Part shown: in pieces, positions 52,600 to 64,000 of the stretch
Position numbering within the stretch: the stretch's first letter is position 1
How the letters are laid out: each line of letters opens with the position of its first letter
Assembly (NCBI RefSeq): GCF_004010195.1
Contig: NC_057759.1
Coordinates: 572,264 to 636,263 of the forward strand
Source of the DNA: Chiloscyllium plagiosum
Lineage: Eukaryota
DNA length: 64,000 nt
Direction of reading: 5' to 3'
Program-made: the position numbers and the translations under genes
Notes under the pieces: model-generated
What the model was told of the DNA's origin: nothing
What the model saw: the letters and a program-made list of their open reading frames with translations, nothing else
The model's database searches: none

Positions 52600-52793
52600 C
52601 AGACAGTAGTAAAGGCGTGGAATGCCCTGCCTGCAACAGTAGTAGACTCGCCAACTTTAAGGGTGTTTAAATGCTCATTGGATATAGGATTGATTAAATG
52701 GAATACTGTAGGTTAGATTGGCTTTACATTGGTTCCACATGTCGGCGCACCATCAAAGGGCCTGTACTGCACTGTAATGTTCTATGTTCTATG
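52600..52793 (+). mobile_element. CR1 3' UTR
   Basis: gcgtggaatgccctgcctgcaacagtagt...gttctatgttctatg. Confidence 0.85.
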
Positions 52794-53004
52794 AAACATG
52801 AATAAAAAGAATAAAAGAGTCATCTTCCATCCCTCAGCAACCCTCATCCAATCAATCCAGTCAGAGCAAATGTTCAGTTTCATTGTGATATTAAAAGTGA
52901 TGTAAGAAAGGGGTTAACTGAACCTGTTCGTTTAGTGACTGTGCTAATGTTAGTCTCCATGTATTCTAATTAACCCAGTGGAAGTTTTCCGTGAAATGTG
53001 TTAT

Positions 53005-53095
53005 CCCATTGTATGAGCAGGATCATCACCGACAGCACGAGCAGGTATCAGCAGCTCCAGAGAAAGGGAGAGGAAAGATCAGAATCTGAGAACAT
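53005..53095 (-). pseudogene. Receptor copy 2: candidate leader exon
   Basis: MFSDSDLSSPFLWSC*YLLVLSVMILLIQW-G; hydrophobic core; no canonical GT donor (G|ataac). Confidence 0.3.
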
Positions 53096-53229
53096 TAGAC
53101 TGGAACATACCAGCAATGGGTTGGAATCTGAGAACAATAGACTGGAATGTTCCAATGAAGAATCAGAATCTGAGAACATTAGATTGGAATGTTACAGCAA
53201 TGGATCAGAATCGAAATACATTCGACTGG
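53079..53229. repeat. Minisatellite, ~3.6 copies of a 39-42 bp unit
   Basis: tcagaatctgagaacattagactggaa...agcaatgg repeated. Confidence 0.85.
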
Positions 53230-56199
53230 GAAGTTACATTTGGTTATGTTTGGTCTCTTTCTACATATTATGGTTGATGGTCATTCTCATCGCGGATCAA
53301 TATTTATTAAATATTTTCTTCTTTGCTATCCTGGCTATTATTAGTGTTTCTGGTAATTCTCACCATCCAGTTTCTTCTCCTGATCATACTGTCAACACTC
53401 CTCATTATTATTGTTCCTGCAGCTGATACTCTAAATCCAGATATTCACTCCACAAACCCCTATTAACTGCATAATTGAACATTTATTCTCTCTCTCTTTG
53501 CTTCTGGCATATCCCTCGTGGGCCTGTGACTTCATCTACTCGGTTTCAGCTGTCAACCATGACTCATTGTATTGATGGGTCCGTCTGATTACAATAAGGT
53601 AGCATTGAGATCACTGTGTTCTGTTCTGGTCACAAACTCCATTTCCTGCCTCCCAAATGTATCCCAGGACAATATCTAAGGCTGAAACAGACTAATCACA
53701 AATGTAGTGATCTCATTGACCACGAGCTGATTCCTGACATCATACCCTGCCCCTTTCTAATGGTAACTACTGGCATCAAAATCCCATCCATCAATCATTT
53801 CTCTTTGTGCTGATCGATATTGTTTTTGGTTCTGTCAATGCTTTTGTTTTAATAATCTCAAATACGCCATGATACCTGTCATGAAACATCTCTGAGTCTC
53901 CTTCTGTCGATTACACATCCACCTACTAATTGTTCACATGTGATTTCCTTTAAGGTACATTCTCTCATAAACAATGAGTTTCAGATTTACTCACCCCCAC
54001 CCCCAACGCCCGCAACCTTCCCCCACCTCCCGCAGACATGCCTTTCTCTTGTACTGGACCTTTGGAGATATTGAGGTATAAATTGATGGAAGCCACATTC
54101 CTGTCATTCAAAGGACTGGCTGCAAACGTCCATGCGCTAGGCAGTTATCGATGCACTTATAGTTTAAACATATTGGCAAAATATTGCAATGCTCCCCACT
54201 ATGGCAGATAGTTTACTGAGAGTTACACTAGCATAGTCTACAAAGCTGTCCATGCAGTGCTGTTATCTTGTTGCAGTTTATCGTTTCTGGGCTGGTTCTG
54301 TGAGAGACATCTGGAATTTGATGGAACAAATCATTCCAGCTGATCTGGTCTTGTCTGTATTCAATGTTCTCATCCTTGTTATTGGATGTTCCAAGGTCTC
54401 ACTCCTACAGTTAATCCAGCTCTAATGTCGTTTTCTCCATATTCTCAGCGAACAAATTGTCTGTTTCTATCGTGAATGTAAAACGATCTGTTGCTCACCA
54501 TCTTTTCCGGGCTTTAGTTCTCTCGTGTATCGAGTACTGGCATCGTGAAGCTCAGAAACAAAGAAATAGTGTTTGCTGGACTATTGTTTTCTTCCCTGTG
54601 ACCCATGTGGTGCTTCATATTGGACAGGGGGTTTCAGCAATTTTGACTCACGTCTTTGAAACTTGATATGTGCCTGACCACTTAACGTCTGCGTTTGTCC
54701 CTCTCAACGGATTATGCGGTCAGCAACACACATAAGCCCTTCGAGTATTATTGTAAAGTACCAGACGTCTAACTTGGAGCTGAGGGCATTCTGAATGACT
54801 CCTGTTATTTAAACGTTAGTGAAGGTGCTGGGGATGATTTGCTGGAGGTTATGCTCTGAGCTGTCTCAGACATTCAGGGAGACCTGAGGAAGTTCTAAAC
54901 CAACTCTGGATGGATCATGGCGACCGTAGTTAAAGAATCCGAGTCTGCAACATGAACAACAAATGGAACAGAGGGCACAGAGGGGGCAGTTCTGAAAGGA
55001 CGGAATATGTGGAGAAAGGGCTCTGCCATATCCACCACAAGTTTTTCAAGAACAGCTTCCCGAGATACACTTAACCCAGGAGCAGAGTGTGAGGGGCTCT
55101 GATTGAAAAAAGGAGCTGGTCCCAGAGCAGTGTCACTCCTATTAAAACGACCTGAAGCGTTACACCAGCGGGAGGGCCGTGCTGCCAGTGGCTGCTTTCT
55201 CCCTCAGCCTTGAGTTGCTGTGCGTATCCTTATTTGCCCAGTATAGCGGGATTCCCAATGCTGTACGTTGTTCTATATGGCACCCATGTCAATGAGGGAG
55301 ATAGAAGATTTGAATGAATTCTCACTCCATTAGTGTTGCATTGTGACTATGCGCATTACATCATTTTGGTGAATACCCACTGTCTTGGCAGCAATCACAG
55401 CCTCTTCATTCAGAAGCATTCAGCCATTTCCATCGTCTTATAGTCCCCACGTCGAAAGGAAGGACGGCCTCTCGGATAAAGGCCGCCTTCTTGATACGCA
55501 GCACAAAACACCCACCATCTCACCACTCTCCACCGCCAACCAATTACATCAAAACATTGCGTGTGCACTGAGAACAATGGGGCTACTGGCAACATCGAGG
55601 AGCAGACATCAGGGAGATGAAGCAATGCTATTGAAGTTTGAAAGAGTCAGATTGAACTCTCCAAAGCACATTGTACCACTAATTCCTGCAATCTGTCTTC
55701 ATCTCTCGCCACTATGCCTTACAGTCTTCCTTAAAAGAATTAATTGTTTCACAATCGGTCACGTTATAATCCACCTGCGAAATGATTATCCATTGAGTTA
55801 GTTTATTTTTATCTAAAATGCATGTGTCCTGTTTGATAATTTGTCATCATCTATTTCTTTGTAGCAGATTCGATGGGCTCAATGTTATATAAACTCCTAC
55901 GGTCAAGGAACATCAGAAGGCATTTCAGCCTCAGGAGTTTTTATTTTCCTGACCACTCCCCATAACCCTTAATTTACTCAATGTGCCTGCAATGTTACGT
56001 GCCAGCCATGCCCCGCAAAGCAAAACAAGAAAGTAGACGAGCCCGTAAATTTGCCAGTTGTTTTAAGCAGGTGTGCAGTGGATAGTCCACAATGGGACTG
56101 CTGAAAAACTAAAAAAAGAAATTGTAGTTCGAGTATCCGGGAGGATGAGAGCAGTGAAGTCTGAACTAAGATTTCAAGTCCGCAAGAAGGCACTAACCT

Positions 56200-59085
56200 G
56201 CAAGACATTGGTTTGACGTATGTCTACTTTAAAGCCAGGAGCACTTGGGTGAAGTAGCAGCATGGGCCGGTACCTGGGATTTTGATGTTGTGACTATTTC
56301 AGAGGCATGGGTAGGGCAGAGACAGGAATGGTTATTGCCGGTTCTGGGATGTAAATGTTTCAGTAAGAACAAATAAAATGGGAAAATACGAGGTGGTGCG
56401 GCACTGTTAGTCAAGGACAGTATTACACTTGCACAAAGGAGATTTGACGACTCCTCTACTGAGATACAAAGTTCAAAATCACACAACACCAGGTTATAGT
56501 CCAACAGGTTTAATTGGAAGCACAATAGCTTTCTGAGCACGGGTCCTTCATCAAGTGATTGTGGAGGACACAATTGTAAGGCACATAATTTATAGCAAAA
56601 ATTTACAGTGTGATGTGACTGAAATTATACATTGAAAAATACCTTAATTCTCTGTTGAGTCTTTCATCTGTTCGAATACCATGAAAGTTTCTCTTCTTTC
56701 ATCCGTAAATCACAAAACCTTTTTTTTTAAAGTTGCATTCTCAGGTTAAGTGTAACAATTGGTGTTCATTATATCTTGTAGGTGTTAGCCCCCTGTGTTC
56801 CCTGTCTATGCCAGGATGTTTACATTGATTCTAATCTAAAAAGTGAGATAACACAGTTTTACATTAATTCATGCAGTGTTTGAGCAAAGTACAATGTAAT
56901 TCTGCAAGTACAAATTCACCTCACAAAATAAATGTTTGCATATGGGTCTTTGTGTCTGTCTGTGTGCATGTCCGTCAGGGTTGGGGCTGTGAGTGTGAGA
57001 CAGAGTGTGCATATGTGTGTGTAGTGTGTGTAGAGTGTCTTAAGTCTGTGAGGGTGTGCACGTGTGAGTTTGAGATTGTGTGTGTATGTCTGGGATGGGG
57101 GTTGTGAGTGTCTATGAGAGAGAGTATATATGTGTGTGCGTGAGTGTAGGGTGGTCGAATTCTCTGAGAGGATGCCTGTGTGAGTGTGGGTGTGTGTGTG
57201 TCTGGTGGGTGTCCTCCACAATTATCTGATGAAGGAGCGGTGCTCCAAAAGCTAGTGTGCTCCCAATTAAACCTGTTGGACTATAACCTGAGGATGCCTG
57301 TGTGAGTGTGGGTGTGTGTGTGTCTGTATGGGTGTCCTCCACAATTATCTGATGAAGGAGCGGTGCTCCAAAAGCTAGTGTGCTCCCAATTAAACCTGTT
57401 GGACTATAACCTGGTATTGAGTGATTTTTAACTTTGTGCACACCAGTCCAACACCGACCTCTCCAAATCATGACTACTGAGGTAGCATGGGCTGAGATTA
57501 GAAACAGGAAATTAGAGGTTACCCTGTTGAGAGTTTTCTATATGCTTCCCAATGGTTCCAGAGATGTAGAGAATAGGAGAGCAATGATGATCCTCGATAG
57601 GAACGAGAGTGAATGGGTAGTTGTTATGGGGGCTGTAACGTTCAAAATATTGACTGGGAATACTATAGTTTAGTATTTTGATTGGTCAGTTTTTATCCAT
57701 TGTGTTCAGGACGTTTTTCTGACATTGTACGTAGGCAGGTCAACAAGGGGCGAGGCCACATTAAATTTGGTACTGGGTAATGTTCCAGCCAGGTGTTAAA
57801 CTTGCAGGTAGGTGAGCACTTTAGTGATAGTGACCGCAATTCGATTTTGTTTACTTATGTGATAAGGAGAGATAGGTATGTATCGCAGAGTAAGAAGTAT
57901 AGCTGGGGAAAAGGCAATTACTACGCGATTAGGCAAGATTTAGGATGCATGGGGTGGGAAATGCAAGTGCAGGGGATGGGGACAATTGAATTATGGAGCT
58001 TATTCAAGCACCAACTACTGCAGGTCCTTGATAAATTGCACCAGTCAGGCAGGGAAGAAGATGTCAAGCACGGGAGCCGTGGCTTATTAAGAAAGTTGAA
58101 TCTCTTTTTAGAGGAATAAAGTTCATATTGGAATGTGATATGATGGCTCAGTTAGGGCTCTTTAGAATTACATGTTGGCCAGGAAATACATAAATAACCA
58201 GGAGGCGAAATGAGAAGTCATTACCTAATTGGATCAAACAGTAGTCTAAGGCTTTATATCGCTATATCAGGAATAAAAGAATGACTAAAGTAAGATTAGA
58301 GCCAATCAAACATAAAAATGGAAATTGTGCATAGAGTCGTAGGAGATGGGGAAGCACTGAATTAGTAATTTTCGTCATTATTCATATCAGAAAAAAGACA
58401 ATGTGACTGAGGAGACTATTGAGATACAGGCTACTACACTAGATGGGATCAAGGTGCATATGCGTAAGGAGGAGGTGTTAGCAATTCTGGAACACGTAAA
58501 AATAAAAAAAAAAGTCCTTTAGACTGGATGGGATTTTTTCTAGGATTCTCTCGGACGCAGGGAGGAGATTTCCAAGCCTTTGGCTTTTATCTTCATGTCA
58601 TCATTGTCTGCAGGCATAGTGCCAGAAGATGGAGGATAGCAAATATTCTACCCTTGTTCAAGAAGTGGAATAGAGACAGCACTGGAAATTATAGACATGT
58701 GAGTCCGTTGTGAGTAAAGTGTTGGAAAGGATTATAAGAGGTAGGATTTATAATTATCTAGAAATGTATAAGTTGATTAGGAATCGTCAATCCGATTTTG
58801 TGAAGGTTAGGTCGTGCCTCACAAACCATTAAATTAAGGGGTGATAGACATTGGACAGAAGACAGAAATAGTTTCTTTACCCAGAGAGTAATTGGGCGTG
58901 GAACACACTACCTGAAACAGTAATATAATATCCAACTTTAAGGGCGTTTGAATTGCCATTGGATAGGCATATGGACGAGAATCGAATACTTTAGGTTAGA
59001 TGGGCTTCAGATTGGTTCCACATGTCGGCGCAAAATGGAGGGCTGAAGGGCCTATACTGCACTGTAATGTTCTTTATTCTGTGCT
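56200..59085 (+). mobile_element. CR1 ORF2 with internal RT deletion and 3' UTR, split by a Penelope-like insert
   Basis: EVAWAEIRNRKLEVTLLRVFY, EHFSDSDRNS; jumps from cctcacaaacc (~58827) to 3' end sequence. Confidence 0.88.
56466..57468. mobile_element. Penelope-like element (third family) with inverted termini and tandemly duplicated right end
   Basis: aaaatcacacaacaccaggttatagtccaacagg at left is the reverse complement of the right end; ctactgag repeated at both junctions; ~122-bp tandem at 57168-57412. Confidence 0.75.
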
Positions 59086-60269
59086 CTTAGATTATGGCCA
59101 GTGTAAAGGATTATCTCAGATACGTTAATGGTAATATGAACAGTAAAACACCAACTCCAATTTCAAAGTCACTTTCTCAATTGTCGAATATTTCTGCACA
59201 TGAATGTACAATTTCCTTGAGAAATACCGATTGGTCTTTCTACCTTTTTGTCATCTTCCTGCAAGAGCACAGCAGCGATGCCCACATCACATGCTTCGAG
59301 AGCGGCCTTGAACTGCTTTGTGTAATTAGTTGCTGTTAATACTAGGGCAATGGTAAAACTGCTTTCTGGCTGTCAAAATCTTTTGAAAGTACGCTGTCTG
59401 AAATTCCTTGCCTTCCTTTAACCATTCAGTAAGTGGAGCAGCTACACTGATAAAATTTGGTACCAATTCTCGATGAAATTCACTCAATCTCAGAAATCAC
59501 AGCACTGGTCTTTTTGCTGATGGTATGTAAAATTCCCTAATTATATTTGGTTTTGCATCACGTGGAGTCATTTACCTATGTTCAATAACATTGTCCAGGT
59601 TAGTGACTTGGGTTTTGACAAATTCACTATTAACCAGGCTCATCACCAATCCTGCCTTCTGAAGTCGATTGAATAACACTGACATAATTTGCAGATTGCA
59701 ATTAAAATCAATATGTCATCTATGTATAGTACACTGTTGGTGAATCTAGAAATGACCTTAATGGTTAGTGCTTGAAATATGGCTGATGCAGTTTTCATAC
59801 GAAATGCATTACTTAAAACTGTACTGAACTGTACTGATTTTGTGATAGTCCACACAAAACCCTTGGGTAATATCTGGTTTGGGCATTATTAGGATGGGTG
59901 ATTTCCAGTCACTGTAACTCACTTCGATTTTGTCATCATCCAGTATGTGTTAAATTTCCTTTTGATCCTGTGCCACTTTTAGAGGGTTATGCTGATAAGG
60001 ATGATTGCTTAATAGAAACAGCATCTCCTATATCTACATTATATACAATTAGATAGTACTTCCAGGCTTATTTCCACATATTCTCCCCATGTGATAGTAA
60101 TAACTCTTCCAGGTTATTTCGATTTTGTCTGGAAGATAAAACAATATTTTTTACAAATTTTGGACGGTTCCCTCATTGTCCAATTTAATTTGAGGAATGT
60201 CAGATTCAGAATCCTCTGAACTTCGCTCTTCCCTCTGCATTGCAACCGATATTACAGTTTCATTTGATC

Positions 60270-60955
60270 GAAGTTTGTGAGAAGATTTGTAGCTCGGGTG
60301 CTCGTTGCTGTGGTTCTGTTCGCAGAGCTGGAAGTTTTTGTTGCAAACGTTTCGTCCCCTATCTAGGTGACATCCTCAGTGCTTGGGAGCCTCATGTGAA
60401 GCGCTTCTGTGGTGTTTCCTCCGGCATTGCGAGTGGCCTGTCCCTGCTGCTACCGGTTGTCAGTTTCAGCTGTCCGCTGTAGTGGCCGGTATATTGGGTC
60501 CAGGTCGATGTGTTTGTTGATGGAGTTTGTGGATGAGTGCCATGCTTCTAGGAATTCCCTGGCTGTTCTTTGTTTCGCTTGTCCTATAATGGTAGTGTTG
60601 TCCCGGTCAAATTCATGTTGCTTGTCGTCTGCGTGTGTGGTGACTAGGGATAGCTGGTCGTGTCGTTTCGTGGCTAGTTGATGTTCGTGGATGCGGATCG
60701 TTAGCTGTCTTCCTGTTTGTCCTATATAGTGTTTTGTGCAGTCCTTGCATGGGAGTTTGTACACTACATTAGTTTTGCTCATGCTGGGTATCGGGTCCTT
60801 CATTTTGGTGAGTTGTTGTCTGAGAGTGGCTGTTGGTTTGTGTACTGTTATAAGTCCTAGTGGTCGCAGTAGTCTGGATGTTATTTCAGAGATGTTCTTG
60901 ATGTATGGTAGTCTGGCTAGTCCTTTGGGTTGCGGCATGTCCTCGTACCGTTGTC
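60270..60955 (-). mobile_element. Penelope-like (Poseidon-like) 3' end, open GIY-YIG endonuclease ORF plus pLTR
   Basis: ORF 60450-60938: NVVYKLPCKDCTKHYIGQTGRQLTIRIHEH...REFLEAW...SINKH. Confidence 0.93.
60343..60382 (-). ncRNA. Minimal type I hammerhead ribozyme motif
   Basis: GCA-CUGAGGA-U-GUCACC(UAGAUA)GGGGAC-GAAA-CGUU-UGC; stem I GCA/UGC, one stem II mismatch. Confidence 0.65.
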
Positions 60956-60959
60956 AACT

Positions 60960-61998
60960 TGGTATGCTTTCCTTATTGATCATAGATTTGAGTGAAGGAA
61001 TTTGCAGTCATGTCACGACAGTATAGAACATTGGTTAGGGCACTTTTTGGAATATTGCGTGTAGTTCTGGTCTCCATCATATCATAACGGAAGGGTGCAG
61101 AAAAGATTTACAAGTATGTTGCCAGGGTTGACGGATTTGAGCGAAAGGGAGAGTCTAAATATGCTGGACTGTTTCCCTGGAGCGTCGGAGGCTGAGGGTT
61201 GTCCTAATAGAGGGGTATAAAATCTTGAGTGTCATGGAGAGAATAAATAGAAACGGTCTTGTCCCTTGTGTGATGTAGCCCAGAGCTAGAGGGCATAGGT
61301 TAAGGGTGAGAGGGCAAAGATTTAAAATGGACTGTTTTTTGTACATATGCAATGATTTGCCAGAANNNNNNNNNNNNNNNNNNNNNNNNNNNNNNNNNNN
61401 NNNNNNNNNNNNNNNNNNNNNNNNNNNNNNNNNNNNNNNNNNNNNNNNNNNNNNNNNNNNNNNNNNNNNNNNNNNNNNNNNNNNNNNNNNNNNNNNNNNN
61501 NNNNNNNNNNNNNNNNNNNNNNNNNNNNNNNNNNNNNNNNNNNNNGTGCTGGAAGACTGGAGGTTGGCTAACGTGGTACCACTGTTTATGAAAGATGGTA
61601 AGGACAAGACAGGGAACTATACACCAGTGAACCTGACGTCGGTAGTGGGCAAGTTGTCAGAGGGAATCCTGAGGGACAGGATATACATCACTTTGGAAAG
61701 GAAAGGACTGATTATTGTGCATGGGAGGTCATATCTCACAAACTTGATTGAGTTTTTTTGAACCAATAACAAAGAACATTGATGAAGGCCGAGCGGTAGA
61801 TGTGATTTATGTGGACTCCAGAAAGGTGTTCAGCAAGATTCCCCATGGAAGACTGATTAGCAAGGTTGGGTCTCATGGAATACATGGAGAAGTAGCCAGT
61901 TGGATGCAGAACTGGATCAAAGGTAGAACACAGAGGGTGGTGGTGGAGGGTGGTTTTCCAGACTGGAGGCCTGTGACCAGTGGAGTGCCAAAAGGATC
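60960..61998 (+). mobile_element. CR1 RT fragments either side of gap 61366-61545
   Basis: EDWRLANVVPLF, GNYTPVNLTSVVGK, WRPVTSGVPKGS. Confidence 0.88.
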
Positions 61999-61999
61999 C

Positions 62000-63707
62000 T
62001 TCCTGTACCATTTGTATCCTGGAACATTAAGCTGTCAATCCTGCCCATGCCTGAGCCATGTTTCTGTAATTGCCATGATATCCCTGTCCCATCTTCCTAA
62101 CCATGCCGAGTTCATCTGCCGACCCTGTTCGGCCCCTTGCATTGAAATAAATGCGGTTTAATTTAATAGTCCTACCTTGTCCCTGCGTGCTCTGACTGTT
62201 GACTCGCTTCTGTTCTCAACTGTATTAGTTTCAGATTGATCTCTTTCCTCACTATCTCCCTGGGTCCCACCACCCCATCTTACTAGTTTAAATCCTCCCG
62301 AGCAGCTCTAGCAAATTTCCCTGCCAGTATATTAGTCCCCTTCCAATTTAGGCACTATCCGTCCTTCTTGTACAGGTCACGTCTACCCCAAAAGAGATTT
62401 AAATGATCCAAAAATGTGAATCCTTCTCCCATAAACCAGCTCCTCAGCCATGCATTCATCCGCTCTAACCTCCTATTCCTCCCCTCACTCACTCTGAGCA
62501 CCGGGAGTAATCCAGATATTACTAGTCTCGAGGACCTCCTTTCTAAATTGCTACCTAACTCTCTATAATCTCCCTTCTGAATCTCAACCTTTTCCCTTCC
62601 TGTGTCATTAGTTGCAATGTGGACAATGACCTCTTGCTGACCCTTCTTCCCAGTGAAATTAATCTGCACCCTTTCTGAGACATTCTTGATCTTGGCACCA
62701 GGGAAGCAACACACCATTATGCTTTATCGCTGCTGGCCACAGAAACGTCTGTCTGTACCTCGGACGAAAGAATCGCCTAACACAATTGATCTCTTGGAAC
62801 CCAACGTACCCCTCATTGCATTAGAGCCAGTCTCAATACCAGGAACTTGGCTGTGCGTGGTAGTTTCGCTTGAGAATCCATCAACCTCTTAACCCATCTA
62901 TGTGAATGTATCTGAGGCTTTCCCTCATTCCTATAACTGCCATCCATCACATAGTGTTGCTGTTGCAAATTCCTCATTGCTTCTCACTGTCTCTCTAACC
63001 GATCCATTCGATCTGATGAGATTCGCAGCCTGTAGAATTTATGACAGATATAATCCGCAATAATGCTTAAACTCTCTTTAAAGTCCCTCATCTGACAAGA
63101 AGTACTTATCACTTTATTGAAGGCCATCTTTGCTGCTTCACAATCTACGGACGCAGAAAATTACACCGTCTTGTTCCTCTGCAAACACTGCCTCAGGTTA
63201 AAATAATAGTTATGGCCTATATTTTAAGTTTAATCAAGGGACATATCTCCAAAAATACATATAATCAAGAAAGGACCCACTCTACCCCTTACTGCAGTTT
63301 CTCTTTGGGCCACACTGAAAAACAACGTTTGACTTATCTGATTCTCTACTGTGAACTTCGCCCAACAGTCCCTCCAAGTTCAGTTGTGAAGTTCACTGCT
63401 TGTTAATTTTCCCAGGTGCACTCTGCTGCCCAGCGATACATGGATTCAAACAACAAAGGCAGTAACTGTGCAGGTTCTCTCTCTCTTTCTCTCTCTCTTG
63501 CATGACCTCACCATGTGCTCTTCTCCCTTTTAATACTGCTGTTAGTTTGACTTTTTTTCCAAAGTTTCAAAACAATGCAACGGCACATAAAACAGTAATT
63601 ACTGTTCCTGGAAGTCGAAGAAATTACCTCTACCACCTAAAATACCTTAAAAAAAAGGAGCAGCAGTTACAGCCAGAAATGTTTCCCGTCCTCCATCTTG
63701 GATTACC
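62000..63707 (-). mobile_element. CR1 5' UTR plus ORF1 (SGNH esterase-like) and start of ORF2
   Basis: VCCFPGAKIKNVSERV...VIVHIATNDTGR...GFTFLDH. Confidence 0.88.
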
Positions 63708-63820
63708 TATATGAATAGGAAGGTTTTGGAGCGATAAGAGCCAGGTATTGGCAGGTGGGACTAGATTGAGTTGAATTATCTGATCGGCATTCTGGGCTGT
63801 ACATCTCTATGACTGTATGT
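63708..63820 (+). mobile_element. CR1 3' UTR fragment
   Basis: atatgaataggaaggttttggag...ctgtacatctctatgact. Confidence 0.7.
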
Positions 63821-64000
63821 GATATGGCATAACGGAACGGCCTCTGGAAATCTAGTCGACGCATATATTGTTGTTTCAAATACTAATTCCCACTTTTTCT
63901 TTTATGCAGGCGTCCTACACAGTCAGTTAAGACGATTGTAAAAGGTTGCTGAAATGCAGGAATAGATATCAAATTTGTGGGTTTGAATATTGCCTGTGGT

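Noticed and set aside
1..64000. Prokaryotic systems (CRISPR, operons, defence islands)
   Set aside because: The sequence is vertebrate retroelement-rich DNA; no repeat-spacer array or dense gene packing

Overview
Eukaryotic, repeat-saturated DNA, very probably a shark: it carries HE1-like V-SINEs, many CR1 LINEs, three Penelope-like families and a Gmr1-type Gypsy element. There are three N gaps (44456-44551, 49616-50289, 61366-61545). I found no intact protein-coding gene; most listed ORFs are retroelement fragments or noise. Two signals stand out. (1) Between the transposons on the minus strand lie two tandem, decayed copies (~8.3-22.8 kb and ~41.4-56.0 kb) of a putative single-Ig-domain type I receptor gene. 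The fuller copy has leader-like, V-set-like, TM-like, two short cytoplasmic and one terminal exon, the last with MYA(D)L and DSAIYAV remnants resembling the ITIM/ITSM pair of G6B (MPIG6B). (2) About a dozen minimal hammerhead-ribozyme cores sit in Penelope-like element ends. There are also nested insertions, a foldback duplication and an intronic inverted repeat bracketing the TM exon. All calls were made by eye, without alignment tools; repeat boundaries are approximate.
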